A stretch of 60,497 nucleotides of DNA, counting the filler, from Porpidia crustulata (lineage: Eukaryota), in assembly GCA_964255105.1 (NCBI GenBank). It is 4 parts of 4 records of this genome, joined end to end, with 100 filler letters (N's around TTAATTAATTAA, not from the genome) between each part and the next. Parts side by side here need not be neighbours in the genome. Positions count along the whole stretch, not along the records: positions 30,342 to 45,373 come from CAXUWE010000341.1; positions 45,474 to 60,497 come from CAXUWE010000342.1; 2 more parts are not named here. One strand, given 5' to 3'. The position numbers were made by a program, and so were the translations under genes. The notes beneath the pieces are model-generated. The model made no database searches, was not told the origin of the DNA, and saw nothing but the letters and a program-made list of their open reading frames with translations. This document shows positions 37,219 to 52,268 of the stretch, piece after piece. Position 1 is the first letter of the stretch. Each line of letters begins with the position of its first letter.

Positions 37219-38847
37219 TCATTTCATAAGCTTGTTCATCCACTTCGGCACCTGTCCCTTACCCTTGCCCTTCCCGTTCCCCCTCTCCTCCCTCTCCAGC
37301 ACGTTGCCCCCGCGCGCCGGTCTCTCATCCACCTCCACCCCTTCCGGCTCCCGCACTTCGATTTCTTTGGCCCTGGCCGCGACCTCGGGCTTGACGGTCT
37401 TGCCGCTGCGCGCTGGCGTGCTGGCGCCGGCGTCCCAGATGAAGTTGACGAGGACCCTGCCGGACATGCCGAGGTCGGATATGAGTTTCACCGCGCTGTC
37501 TTTGGGTACGGCTTTGGGGCCTTTGGCGGAGCTGAAGTTGAGGAGGAAGGGTTCGGTTTCGTGGATGATGAGGTTTCGGGCGTGATCGTACAGGGCCGCC
37601 GCGGTGTCGAGGTTCGAGAATGTAGCTGTTACCTGCGTTTGGTCGGGGAACCGGAGCTTGATGTGTACTTCGGTGATCAGAGCTCGCTTGGCGGCTTGGG
37701 CTTGTTCCTTGGCGGCGATTTCCGCGTCAGTGGAGAGGCGTTGGTTTTGGCCGTGGGTTTTGAGGCGCGAGATGTGATTCTTTAAGTCGCTGATTGTGGG
37801 CACGAAGTCTTCGTCTTTATCGTCTTGAAGGGAGGCATGGGGCTTATTGGAGGATGGAGGGGCAAGGACTGATATTGGGCGTTGGTTGGGGCCGGAGCTG
37901 GTGGATGTTTCGGATGAAGAGGTAGGGATGGAGGTGGGTTGTTCTGGCGTATTGACGTCTCGGCTATCATGAGTATTGAGAGAGGAATCCGATATTTGGT
38001 TGCTAGTCTCTGGTATATTTGAATCTGGAGCAGTCTGCTCATTCACGGTTTCGTTGGGAAGCCTCGTTTGCAAAGCCGCTGGAATAGAGTCGCCTATTGA
38101 AAGGCTGCCATCTCGTGCTCCATAATCCACATCACTGGACTCAGCTTTGTTCGAGGCAAAATACTCTTCAGTATTCGCCATGGCGACTTCTAAAGGGGTT
38201 TTCGTCACTTTGAAGCTAAGTCGCAGTAAAAAACTGCCCGAATTGAGCCCAAGCTGCCCGAGGGTCTTTTGGAACTCCGGGAACGATACCATATCTCGCC
38301 CCATAAGGTTGACTACTGGGCTCTCGTGATATATTCTCCCTGAGCTAGTATCGTCACTGTCGAGACGAGGCTTTCCGCGGGCAGTAAAGTTGAACTTCTT
38401 GGCTATCCCGTCGCCTCCGGCTACCCCAGCTTCGAATTTCCGTAATACCATCCACAGGGTAGTCGTACTTGGGAATTTATCGACAAGCCTACCATTCAAT
38501 ACACCTTCGGCCTCGGAATCTGGAAGCTGCAGAGCTACTGAGACGACAGATGGAGATTTGGACAGCGTAACTAATTCAAGCTTCGCTCCGGATGGGATAT
38601 TTGCAAATCTCATAGGTTGTGAGAGGTCGAGAGCCTTCTTATTATATCTTTAGTAAAGGTAGATTAGTAAAGCCTCATTCATTACGTCCAAAGCACTGTG
38701 TCTTACTTACTTCAACCCATACTGATCTGCTTCGAGTCCTAATTTTCCACAAGCTTCCTCGAGCACCTCTCTCAGATATTTCCCAGGCGTAGTCTTTATC
38801 TGTGCACGGCGTAAAGAGGCATTTAGAACTATCACATGCGAGGCCAT
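37219..38847 (-). CDS. UBX-domain protein (TUG/ASPSCR1/Ubx4-like Cdc48 cofactor)
   Basis: N-terminal TUG-UBL (MASHVIV...IKTTPGKYLREVLEEACGKLGL...LDLSQPMRFANIPSGAKLEL), UBX-like IKLRFPD, C-terminal VPKWMNKL. Intron 38710-38648. Confidence 0.88.
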
Positions 38848-39227
38848 GATGGCCAAACTTGAGCTTCAAATCTCTTTGAGATGCGCTGTATAGTTACAGC
38901 TCTATTCGAGGTCAGAAGTCAGGTTTATGGTTGATTAGTGGATGCTCAGCTATTCGCCTGCAACAACTTGATAAGGATGTCAACAAATTGCTTTACAAAT
39001 CGAATAGGTCATGTGTCATACATATAAAATGGACCCAATATCTGTGTTGACAAAAATGACGCTGGAAGCGCAGCGCAAAGAGTGCGGAAGCTTGCCCGCC
39101 TCGCCGCAATCACCCCGCCTCCACTTCGTTCTCTACATATTTACCTTAGACAAGTTCTATTATATTCTAATTACAAGAAACGGAGCGATAGTAGAGAGAG
39201 ACTCCTATCGTATTCTCCGTCTTCTTA

Positions 39228-40495
39228 ATGCCTTCCCCAGAGGTTCATCATCTGTTCCATCATCCAGTTGCGGACCACTCCTTCTCCGCTGATAGGCAAA
39301 CATTGGCTGTAGCACGGGACAACAACGTTGAGCTTTACAAACGTTCAGGTAGCAGTTTTACATTGCAGGATGAGCTGAAGGGGCATGACAAGATTGTCAC
39401 AAGTGTTGATATCGCACCGTCAAGTGGACGAATTGTTACATGCTCACAAGGTATTTCCAACCCTTGAGCGGTTTGTCAAAGCTGGTTGTTTGGGTCATTC
39501 TAGCTTTAGCTGAATGAAGCTTAATAGACCGCAATGCATATGTATGGGAACCGTCTCCTTCTGGCTGGAAGCCTACGCTCGTTCTACTTCGCATAAACCG
39601 GGCCGCTACCTTTGTTCGATGGTCCCCATCAGAACTCAAATTCGCAGTCGGCTCTGGCGCCCGAGTCATTGCGGTTTGCTACTTCGAGGAAGAGAATGAC
39701 TGGTGGGTTTCAAAGCACCTGAAAAAGCCCATCAGAAGCACCATCACGACATTGGCATGGCATCCCAATTCAGTCCTCCTAGCAGCTGGATCGACGGATT
39801 CCCACGCAAGGGTGTTTTCGAGCTTTATTAAAGGCGTCGATGCTAGGCCTGAAAGCAGCGTATGGGGTGAGCGATTGCCGTTCAATACGGTGTGTGGTGA
39901 ATACCTCAATAATTCCGCCGGCTGGGTTCATGGCTGCGCCTTTTCCCCGAGTGGCAATGCTCTCGCGTTTACGGCGCACGATAGTAGCATCACCGTTGTA
40001 TACCCAAGCGGCCCGGAACAGCCACCGAATGCTGTGATTAGTGTCAGTACTCAGCTTCTGCCATTCTTGAGTCTGATATGGAACGGCGAGAGCGAGATTC
40101 TTGCGGCAGGATATGTAGGCAATGATGAGACATGACTATAGCAGCGACTAATTTGCACCAGGACTGCGAAACTTATCGCTTGCGAGGAAATGAGCAAGGA
40201 TGGCAGATCGCTGAATCTATGGAGTCCAAGGGTAGACCAGGAATGGGCGACATGCGGGAGGAATCCGCCCTGAACATGTTCAGGCAGATGGATCTGAAAG
40301 GAAAGGCAAAGGACGACACCCAATTGAAAACAGTGCATCAGAATACGATAGCCACCATCAGAACCTATGACGAGACAGGAGGATCTGTGAAGAAGTTTAG
40401 CAGTGAGTCCCCGCAGTCCAAGGTTATTTTGAATATATTCCTTACTCCTAGCAGCAAGCGGTGTAGATGGTAGAGTAGCCATCTGGTCAGTGTAG
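39228..40495 (+). CDS. ARC40: Arp2/3 complex WD40 subunit ARPC1/Arc40
   Basis: IVTCSQDRNAYVW, WKPTLVLLRINRAATFVRWSP, ENDWWVSKHLKKPIRST, ESALNMFRQMDLKG and HQNTI; 3 introns. Confidence 0.95.
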
Positions 40496-40760
40496 TAGAT
40501 CAATCCTAAATCAAGTAAAAGTTTAGACATTTGATGAAAAGAACTCTGTGTAAGGGTCACGCGATTGAGTATACTGTCAGTTTCTGCATGTCTGACAAGG
40601 GTATTCCTTTCCTGGTGTTTGAATAAACGCGAATAACGAGGTTCTGATTATGATCCACAACGGTTTTGAGACATTGAAAGATTATAGCTTGATCCACGGA
40701 GATCCCAGCGACACCTCTAACTGAGACACTTCTTTCTCACCTGCGCTGTTTGTATAGCAC

Positions 40761-41097
40761 TACTACGGTAGTCGGGGTATCAGTTGCTAGTACGTGGCGT
40801 TTGGCTATACTCAATTCGACATCGTTTACGGCCAGTATATCTACCTTAAAATCTAGTATGTTTTCCCTCCCAATCAATAATGGCCTGAATGGGTGAGCCG
40901 AAAGATAGACAAGTAGAAGAATGATTTGAAGCAATTGATTAAATGCTTGAGCAGATGCTTGAGCACGTAATAGAGTAATTGATCAAACAGGTGAAAATTT
41001 GCTGACTTAGGGGCCGATTATTCTGACATTGATCATTAGACGCTAGCAGGGGTGCTAGCCGAGTGTACTAACAGCTGATACCCCGAGTACCGTAGTA
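40761..41097. mobile_element. MITE copy 2 (337 bp, same TIR family as 34143-34272)
   Basis: Left end TACTACGGTAGTCGGGGTATCAGTTGCTAGTAC and right end GTACTAACAGCTGATACCCCGAGTACCGTAGTA; AT-rich non-coding interior. Confidence 0.8.
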
Positions 41098-42156
41098 CAT
41101 TTGTTCAAGCAATTTCTCTAGTTAGCAGTTGCAAGTCTCCTCTTCAACCGCTCCTCTCATGTAAAATTCGTCTTCAAGATGATCAATTGCTGCAGGTCAA
41201 TGATTTGGCAGAGGAGTGTGTGGTATTTATGTAAGGAGAGGACAAAGGTGGATGGGCAGAAGGGGATATCACGGGGTCCGAGTCTATTCGGATACACTTT
41301 TCGCGGTCTTAGATGTAGATTACGTTGTAGTGGCCGTGGTCTAGCTTTCTATGCTTGTTACATTGGGGAAGGAGAACCAGAAAAGCCCCTCTTGTCGCTT
41401 ATATGGATATTGAAGCTTCTGGCCATAGGCGTTGCAAAGGCGAGTTGGAGTTTACGTGGATTACTTGCGGTCTGGCAGAGGGGCTGTGAGACAAGGCGAT
41501 TGTACTGTTGTTGGTGGGATTTCTTCATTAGCGAATCAATCTTCGCACCTTCGAGATAGTCTTGAGAAAGAGAAGAGCAAAAGCGGCACTTTCTTTCAAT
41601 CACATGGATCCACAAGCCATTTTGACCTCACTTTTGACCGTAGCACGATGGAACAGCAAACAGGCTGCAAAGCGGAGAGGTCGTCTTGAGAGCCAGAGTG
41701 AGATGTATAGGGTGACTTCAACAGTCAATATTTCGTCTGTGGTTCACCTCCCTTACTCCAACGGTCTGAAGGAGTGAACGCTAGGGTGGAAGGTCGGCCC
41801 GAAGGTCAAGCCCCACTATGATTTCGCTGAGCTCCAATACCAACAATTTCTCACCCAAGGTTCCTTCCTGTCAATTGAGGTAAAGCTTTCAGCATACGTT
41901 CGAATTTATCCTCCATCAATCCTCTATTCCCAATCGCACTCTACCCCAGCATCTTGACTCTACTAAATCAGGTCAGTTTCTGTCAGCTTCACCCCCACCC
42001 TTCGATAAGATTGCCCCTCAGTGACCCACTCCGCTTGTTCTGCGAAAAAGCAATGCCGACTTATCTGACGAAATACTCCCACAAATACCTCACAAATGCA
42101 GTCTCTTCTTGTTTAGTCAAGCTGAGGGCCTGAATTGTCTCAATATTCCAGACTAA

Positions 42157-43722
<1,566 letters not shown>

Positions 43723-44235
43723 GGTGGATGTATATCAATTCGAAGACTGCCGGTATAGGCACGTCTGCGCGAGAAATGCCAAGATCCATCCAGTCGAGCC
43801 GTCCATACCTGAGGATGAGGTGAAAATGGGATATTGCAAAAGCCACATTAGATACGTGTTGTCCACTGAATTGATGACCAATACTCTCAATACTTCTATC
43901 GCGTGTCAGAGTACTCTACCGTATGTGATTGAATAAAACCTATGTAAGTAATTTACGGACGCGATATGTTACAAAAAGGAGTCAAGGGGGAGCGTGACAA
44001 GCGTTACATGCGAGACATACGATGACGCTGTTCGCTTAAGGGCGGCTGAAGGAAACTATACTACGCGCTAGCGCTTCGACTTCTCACATGTCTTTGTCAT
44101 AAATCTTTCGTACAATTTTCAGTCTCCCCAAACCTCCCACATACAATAACATCATAGCCCTGTACATCGTTAAAGCCTCTTTAGAGATTCGGTACTTCAC
44201 TGCTCTCAAAAAATTCACTACACCTCTTTTGTAGC

Positions 44236-45292
44236 ATGGCGCCGGCGAGGAAACCAGGTTGGTGCTGCCCCTCCCAAAAATATGTTGTCGCGCCAAACAT
44301 CCCCCCTCCTCTTGTGTAGTGATCTCGTCAATCAAACGGTCGCTGATCTCTGTTGCCCCGTTAGTTGAGAGTGAGTCCGAAGAGAGTAGTACAGATTCGT
44401 CACCCCGGATAAATGCAGCAATCCCCCGACGGACGAAATTTGAGGACGAAGAAGACGACAGCGATGTATGATTGTTGCAGCTGTATCTGAGAGCATTCAC
44501 AGTAACCTAAATGTCATCTAGGTCCTCGACTCATGGGATGCCGCCGAAGACTCAGAGGTCGAGGCTGAGAAGGCTAAGAAAGCCTCAGAAGCCAAGGCCA
44601 AAGCCGACGCCGAAGTGGCCGCCAGCAAGAAGTCAAAGTCCCAGAGGATAGAAGAAAAAAGAATGGAAACCATGCGCAGGAAACAGGAAGAGGAAGGGGA
44701 ATCCAGTAGCGAGGAGGAAGACGAAGCAACGATGCGCGAGCGTCTGCGCCAAACCGAGCAGGATTCGGATCTCAAGCACGCCGAAGACCTCTTCGGCAAC
44801 ATCGGCATCAACAAGAACCGCAGCGCCCCCAAAGCCGTCGTCGCCGCCGACTCCAAAGACCCCTCGACCTCCGTCGACCTTTCCTCCCTCCCCCTCTTCA
44901 ACCCGACCACCAAAGACCAATTCCTCCAGCTGCGCGAAACCCTCGTCCCGCTGCTGACGGCCAACGAGAAAAAGGCGCAATACGTCCTCTTCGTGCAGGA
45001 GTTCGCCAAGCAGATTGTGCGGGACCTACCGAGCGGGCAGATCAAAAACATCGCGAGCGGGCTGACAATGTTGTCGAATGAGAAGATAAAGGAGGAGAAG
45101 GCGGCGGAGAAGGGGGGGAAGAAAACCAAGGCGGCGAAGAACAAGGCGACGCTTGTCGCAAGCCGGGATATAAGTTCTAGGGCGGATACGTTGAGTTACG
45201 GGGACGACGGTATCGAGTGAGTTCTTGTGGCTTTTTATGGTACTTGCGTTGTTGATACTAAATCCCGTGGCAGCGACAACGATTTCATGTGA
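44236..45292 (+). CDS. HCR1: Translation initiation factor eIF3 subunit J
   Basis: FEDEEDDSDVLDSWDAAEDSEVE, ERLRQTEQDSDLKHAEDLFG, LSNEKIKEEKAAEKGGKK, C-terminal DFM*; 3 introns. Confidence 0.93.
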
Positions 45293-45373
45293 CGAGTCAA
45301 CGTTCCAGCACACGACTTATAACGATAACCACCACCATCCCCTGCGCTTCCCCAAAACTTCTCCCAACCAAGC

Positions 45374-45473
45374 NNNNNNNNNNNNNNNNNNNNNNNNNNN
45401 NNNNNNNNNNNNNNNNNTTAATTAATTAANNNNNNNNNNNNNNNNNNNNNNNNNNNNNNNNNNNNNNNNNNNN
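45374..45473. other. Artificial contig spacer
   Basis: N44-TTAATTAATTAA-N44. Confidence 0.97.
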
Positions 45474-46725
45474 GGTTTTGGGGGCTTGGGATTTGGTTCT
45501 GAATTTGAGATTAGGTCGTGGGAATTCGATGTTCGGCATGAGGAAGGGTTGTCGGGGTAGGTTAATAATTGTAGGTTTGCAAAGGTGAAATTGGGGCAGG
45601 GTAATAGTGATCACAATTAAAAAGAGAGAACCGGTTTAGGAAGTGACGATGTAGTGTTTTGAGCTACCTCTGAACAATGACACACAGGTCATTGTTTCGC
45701 GCAATGAAGGACAAGGGGATGCGTCGTTGATGTGACAAAGAATTCTTTCATTGGCAAGTGAATGATGATCTTTTGTCCCTCGGGTTTTGGCGCGTAGTAG
45801 ATGCCGGGATTGTGTATGTCTCTGCGGTAGCGCACGACGTTGCTGGGTTTATTCGACTTAATTCCAGCATTTGGGTGCGAAGACGATCGGATTAAGCCTC
45901 CCATCTGGGGTGATGAAATTGTACAATGGCAGCATACTCGGCGTCTGTTGATTTGGAATCGCCATTTGTTGGACTGTCTCTCGGGACCATGATACAAGGC
46001 TTTTCGCTTCATCGACTTGGTTCGTCAGCATCGTGGTGAAAGTCGGAAAGAGCTATGTATCTGAATGGACTTGAGATTGAACAGTCAAAAACATGATATC
46101 TGCAATTCATAAAGCATAGCGAGCATCTGAGGATTAGGGAATAGGCGAGATCAAATGAGACAGAGGATTTGTACGTGTATTTGAGATAGATGCAACTATT
46201 CTTCACAAAAGCTGTTCTCTAACTAAGAGTTCTTACTCGGACTTGATATATGTGCAATTCATCGGCTTTTGACTCGGCAGCGATGAGCGCGTCATCACGC
46301 TTCCTTCTGTACCTGTCAATTATCATGTAGCAAGTCTTACTGGCGATAGCGTTCTTTGTCCCGGCTTGCACGATGGTCTAATGTTGCTGAAAGACGTATT
46401 CGAAATCCGCGAGAGTAAAATAGAGAGATGATTGAAATCATTTGAAGAGGCTATAGCAACAGCTTCTGGCACTAGATAGACGTATTAATGTATTTAACAA
46501 GCGTTGCACCAATTAATTAAAATCACTTATCGGTCATCCACGGATCTGCTACGAAAGGTTTCGAATTAATAATGTCAATGCCATTACCAAGCATAGCGAT
46601 CAGGCTTTTCATCCACACTCTTGACACTTGATTTTGAGCGGCGTCGCATAACATTCTTTATATTTCCTAGCACACGACTTTTAATCGTCAAAATAAAATC
46701 ATTCGCATTCTCGTGAAACCTTGCC

Positions 46726-47373
46726 ATGATGAGTGTATCAAATTCCGAGGTCGTTGGCACTATCGATTGGATCAAGAAGGTTTGCTTCGCCATAGTGTTG
46801 GCATTTCAGACTTCTTTCTAACCCGGGAAGGATTAATAGTTTCACAAGGCCGCTGATGCTCTTAATCCCGAGCCATGGGTAACCACATTCTGGACCTCTG
46901 ATGCTGTACAGTACTTTGCTAGCAATACTCCGGTCGAGGGACGCGATGCCATTCTCGAAAGAATGACTCTGCAAACTTCCTTTTTGGCAAGTATGAAGCA
47001 CGTGTGAGTTCCCATGATAAGTCTCAAGGCATTATGGGTGTGTCCTTGCACGTACGCTTCGAACGCGTCTGTCGCTATCCTTCAGTTATAACCTTCCGCT
47101 GAATTGAGCACAGCCTGGGCCGCGTAGATGTCCTCCCGGACCGTGTCTATCAGGAGGCAGTGATCACCTACACAGTGAAGAATGACCCAGAGAAGGAGGA
47201 GATCGTCGTGAATGGTTTTTCAATCTACCACAAGAGTCCTGGGGATAAGCAAATGCAGAGGTGAGTCGGGAGAAAGCGATTCCATTCGAATCACCTATTG
47301 ATGGCAATGTAGATTTGATGTTTTTGGCGATTTCTCAAAGCTCGAGGAGAAGATCGCTAAGTATGCGATTTGA
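46726..47373 (+). CDS. SnoaL/NTF2-like fold protein (141 aa), absent from the ORF track
   Basis: Exons 46726-46779, 46840-47003, 47114-47260 and 47313-47373 splice in frame to MMSVSNSEVVGTIDWIKKFHKAADALNPEPWVTTFWTSDAVQYFASNTPVEGRDAILERMTLQTSFLASMKHVLGRVDVLPDRVYQEAVITYTVKNDPEKEEIVVNGFSIYHKSPGDKQMQRFDVFGDFSKLEEKIAKYAI. Confidence 0.8.
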
Positions 47374-47795
47374 TGCTTCCTTGGGGAATTGTTGACTAGG
47401 CTCCCACTACTGCAATTCGGATGAGCCGAACTCTATAGCCTCGCTTGAACGGCGATTGCAATGTGGGATAGTCTTGAGATGCTGATATGTTGTTCGACAG
47501 CAATCTAAGTAGTCCATAGATTCACACTGGCATTGTTAATCTAGAAGGCACACCTCCAATATATCGGACAATCCTGAAACAGTCAGATATGATCGCTTAA
47601 GAGAGCACTGCTTTATGGATTGCCGCTCTTCTCAAAGCATAGAAGGTTGGTATATCGGTCTCTGCGCTCATCACGGTAAATCAATACCTGCGATTTTCAG
47701 ATCTGCCGTACAATTCGACATACTCTGCCGAGTGCCTTTTTATGTTGCTGCCTAGACGAAGACCGAACCGACCTGGATAATGGCCGTATTCCATG

Positions 47796-50700
47796 CTATA
47801 ATTTATCTCTTGTAATTGCTAATCTTGGATCCTTCCTATCCTCTCCCCCTCTCCAGATTTGACTTGGCTTTGGTGTAATATATCTCTCTCTGACTCGCGC
47901 TAGACTTTCGTAAGCCACATCTGGTCGTGTAACATCCTCCCAGACGTCCTCATCCTCTGCACCTTCCTCTTCCCATCTACGTCCAACTGGCGCTAACGAC
48001 AGATCCTTCATAAATGTTGTAGATAGGATATTCTGACTCAGGGGAGGCACCTCCACCTTCACAACCAAATGATCGACGCAGCGACAACCACAACCTGTGA
48101 CACATTCGCCTCCTGCAGAGAGTTCACCAATCTGTGAGAGGATCTCGGAGCGACATGAAGTGTGTAGAACATGGCCGCACGCGAGACAAGGAGAGGACAA
48201 TCCTCGAACAATCTCAGCGCAGAAGCCACAAATCAGAGGGCTCTCTGGCCTTGCAGAATTGAAGTTTTGTTGACTACGATGCTGTTGAGGAGTCTCCAGC
48301 ATTGACGACGCATAATGAGTCCTAAAAGCCAGCCCTAAATCTGCATTCGCTGTGCCTGTAACAGAGCCTGGGCTGGGCCTTCTGATGACCCCCAAGGAAT
48401 CTGAAAAACCTACAACAGGCTTTGCGAGAAAATTGGAAAACGATTGCGGTATCTCGTTGTACTTCAAGATCTCACATCGGGCGATGGGCATATTCCAAAT
48501 CAGGAGCATGTGCGCGTACATTTCCCTGTACGCGTGATATCGCCATGATTGTTCAGGATCCAGTAGAGACACGTTGGCGTACGCTTCATTGTCGAATTGA
48601 TCTTGATTCTTTAATCTGGTCGCGAAGACAGGGGCCTTTGGTACAGCGATATCTTCCTCTGTATCAGACACTGAGGGTGCGTAGACAGGCTTCAGGCCTT
48701 CGGTGATGTTCGACGGCTTCCTAAAGAGACTCGTCGCACCCCAGGTCACACCAGCAGTTGAAGCTCCAGCGTAGCTTCCTGCAGGGCTCATACGTTTTCT
48801 ACCATATGTGCCTGGGGGTGATGATGATATTGAGGTACTGAATGAAAAAGGGCGCGAGAACGATGCAGCAAATGTACTTGCAAGGTTCGAATTTGAGCGA
48901 TGCGAGCTTCGGTATTGTTCGGGGGATTTTGACACAGAAGGAACCTGAGAGTGATCTTTTTCAAAGCTGACGAATGAGCGGCCATGAGTCGGAGGTGTCA
49001 CACCGGTTGGAAAGGGTGTTATTGGATCACTTGTCGTACCACCTAGTGAAGATGACATGGACTGTGGCCCGCTAAGTTGTTTGTCACGATCAGGAACTTT
49101 TGGAGATGGGGGTCGCAGTAGGTTACTTGCCACCTCAAGCGTGGGAAAGTAGGCAGTTGGGGCATGCTGTCGGTCCTCGTCCGATATGAGCGGGGGGGTG
49201 GTCAGTATGGATTGCTCACTCAGCACGCACGATAACATGGCTAACATTTGTACATCTGCAATTTGTTCGAAGTGATCAAACCTCCTTATCATTAGCGAAG
49301 TAATGAAGGAGTCAAATTTCTGCATGACTCACAATGACTTAATTAGCCCTCGCCTCCCAAAAGGATGATATCCCCATTTGGTAGTGCCTCTGGTGTTCAT
49401 CTGCAAACTTTCCTCCGTCGTATCGAACGACAAATCAATCGCACTATCCTTAGACCTGAGAGAAGGCGCTAGTCGGCGAGTAACAACCAAAATAGACTCA
49501 GGACCGTCATTGTGATAAGGATGCTGCATCGCCTCCAACGGAACCTCGTCTTTCAGCAACAAAGCGATGAGAAGCCAGATGCTCGCGAGATCTGAGTCGC
49601 CACTAGTTTCAGCGACTTGTGCATTTGCTTCACAGCAATCAGGTCCTTCTGTTATGATACTATATCCACGGGCAAGGTATTGTTTTGAAGGAAGAATGCT
49701 GCAGCAGTCATGAATAGAGATGTAATTGCTCGACTTTGAAATTACTGACTGGGCCAAGCCTGGCCCCCCGCTTGATTTGTGAGAGTCGTCCAAGGAATGT
49801 ACTTTATAAGTCTCGACCAAGCTTCGTCGCCAAGGCATAGACGGAAGGAAATCGTTGCGAAGTAGACCGTTCCCTTCCGAGGAGATCGATGATCCAGACG
49901 AAGATGTGGAGGATTCCTCAGAATCAGAATCCCCGTCTGTTCCGGTTTCGAGTGTTGAGGTCTGTGCTTTGTGTATTCTTGACCCATCGTGTAGCCGGCC
50001 AAACCTTTGAAACACAGCCTTACGGCCTTTCGGCGTACGTTCACTTGTTCTGAGACTCAAAGAGTCGAGGAGAGAATGCGTCTTCTCCTCTTTCGGTGGG
50101 AAGAAACAAACCAGCCGTCCGTTGTCCGCCCATAATGCACCACAAGCTTTAGGCAGTGGAACATTGTATTGCGCATTTGATACGGCGATAGCACCATCAC
50201 TCATGTCCATTCCGCGAGGTTGTCGGCTGATGGATCTACCAAGTTCATCATCATCGTCATCACTTGAACTCAGATTGGCGTCAGGCGCTGTATCCAGATC
50301 ATTACTTTCTCGCCGTTTATGTAACCAAATCAGACTTTCACCCAAGGTTTGTTCTCCCAACAGATATCGAAGACAAGCTTCAAGAGAACTCTTCTGATGC
50401 GCCAAGTACGCCTCTGCAATTTTCCAAACCTCTGCAGATATACGAGCACAAGTTTCTTGACTCATCATGGTCGTACGCTCGAGTTGGACCTTCAGCGCTG
50501 CTGAAAGGGGATATTTGACAGGAAACTTAATCTGAGATCTGACGTGGATATTGCTACTTTCGTAACCCCATGGCCCAGAAAACGAGACAATAGCAAGACG
50601 GTTCTGCATATCAATCTTGGAAAAGTAAGCCAGATGCTGAATGAGAAAACGAGCTGTATAGAACTTGCTTGTAAAAGTTAGGGTAGTACCTTTTCAAACT

Positions 50701-52268
50701 TGACTTTACCAAATTTATCTCCTATGTGTGATATTTCCTCACCCAGTGAGTCAAAGGTGTCCCAAGCTTTATCGGCCTTTGAATCTGGAGGAAACATCGA
50801 TACATCACTTCTATCCAGGCCGAATGGCGATATTTCACGTTTGCCTATCTTCACTCCTCTCATCCAGGAGATTGCATCCTTATCACCGGAGGCATTTGCC
50901 TGATTTCTGGGGATTGGACCTATGAATCCTTCATGACCCCAACCAACCCTGGAGGGCACAGCTGCTTGGCTCATACCGAAGGAGAGCGCGTCACCTTGTT
51001 TCTGCCCGGTTCGATATTCAATACCGAACAGACCAGGTGCAAACGGGTTCCTTCTAGCCGTAGTATCTGGCCGTTGAGGATCGTCCCGAAAGGTCTTATA
51101 TCTCGCATTCCTGCGCGTAAAGTTAAATTTTCCTTTAGATTCCATGCCTTGACTGTATCCCACTCTATTCAGTACGTCAGTATCAACACTATGCAACCGC
51201 AAGATGTGATCAGTGCCCCACGACACAAGCTGAAACTCTCTGTTGTCAATATCATCAGACACGGTACCCCTAGACCGCCAAAGGAATTCCTTTACCTGGT
51301 CATTGTGACCGGAAAACTGATGAATTGACTTTATCGAGTCCTTCGAGGCTACACAATCCGCGTCTATTCGACGATCATAGAGGTGTAAATCATGGTCTCC
51401 GCGCTGAGGCATTGCCAAAAGACCCGATCCGAAAGGCGTGTGGCGTGCTCGCCATACTGGAAACGGAGTAGCAATTGTTTGGTATGGCTCGTCCGCCTCA
51501 CTCATATAGTCCCAAAATTTGATAGTCTTATCCAGGGAGCACGTCACCAGATTGTTCGCCACTGTCCTATTCCAATCGACACCGTAAATCTTCGTAGCAT
51601 GAGCTTCAATTGACTTTAATGGGTAAGCCCCTTTGCGATCGTCCCAGATCCGAAGGAACTTGTCATGAGATGATGCTAAGATATGTGACTCCTGGCGATT
51701 CCATTTGACTTGGGTTGCTCCAGCAAACCAGTCACAGAAAGTCACGGCAGGCCTAGCAGGATGGCGTAGATCCCAGCAATGAACAAAACTGTCGACAGCG
51801 CAGGTTGCAAGAACATCAGGGTGGTGGGCCGAGAAATTGATATCTGTGATGGCTCGAGTATGAGCATGCAGAACATGTTCGATAGATGCTTGCGAAGACG
51901 TCATTGCAAGATTCCAGACAAGTGCTTTCTGGTTTGAAGTGCTCACAACCCAACACTCCCGAGCCGCAAATGGAGACCACTGCACGTCAGCTACTTCCCA
52001 TGGTGTCCGATGGGGAAGATTTCTCGGAGGAGAGTAAGGGGAGTCAAGATCAATTATATGCAGGCCCTGGCGTCTTCTATCTGTAAGCCTCGAGGCTATC
52101 TATGCGAGGGCATACATACGAAGCCAAGACAACATCTCTACCACAGGGAGATATAGATGCGGATCCAACAGGCTCGTTAATGCGAAAAGACCCATCTTTT
52201 CCGAAGGTAGGACTATCATTTGCAGATACTAAGCCATTCGCCTTCTCTTCCTCGATCATGATGGCCAT
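47796..52268 (-). CDS. MTC5: SEA/GATOR2 complex subunit Mtc5/Sea3/WDR59 (WD40 + RWD + C-terminal RING-like zinc finger)
   Basis: WD40 repeats (HTRAITDINFSAHHPDVLATCAVD, PVWRARHTPFG), RWD-like FPVKYP, DVQMLAMLSCV, and C-terminal CGFC...CLACGHVLH...CVTGCGCRC; multi-exon. Confidence 0.92.

Noticed and set aside
37147..37785. 212-aa antisense ORF over the UBX gene (similar shadow ORFs lie over the lectin, APH, 20520 gene and RPL24)
   Set aside because: Shadow ORFs expected from GC-rich coding sequence on the opposite strand or frame.
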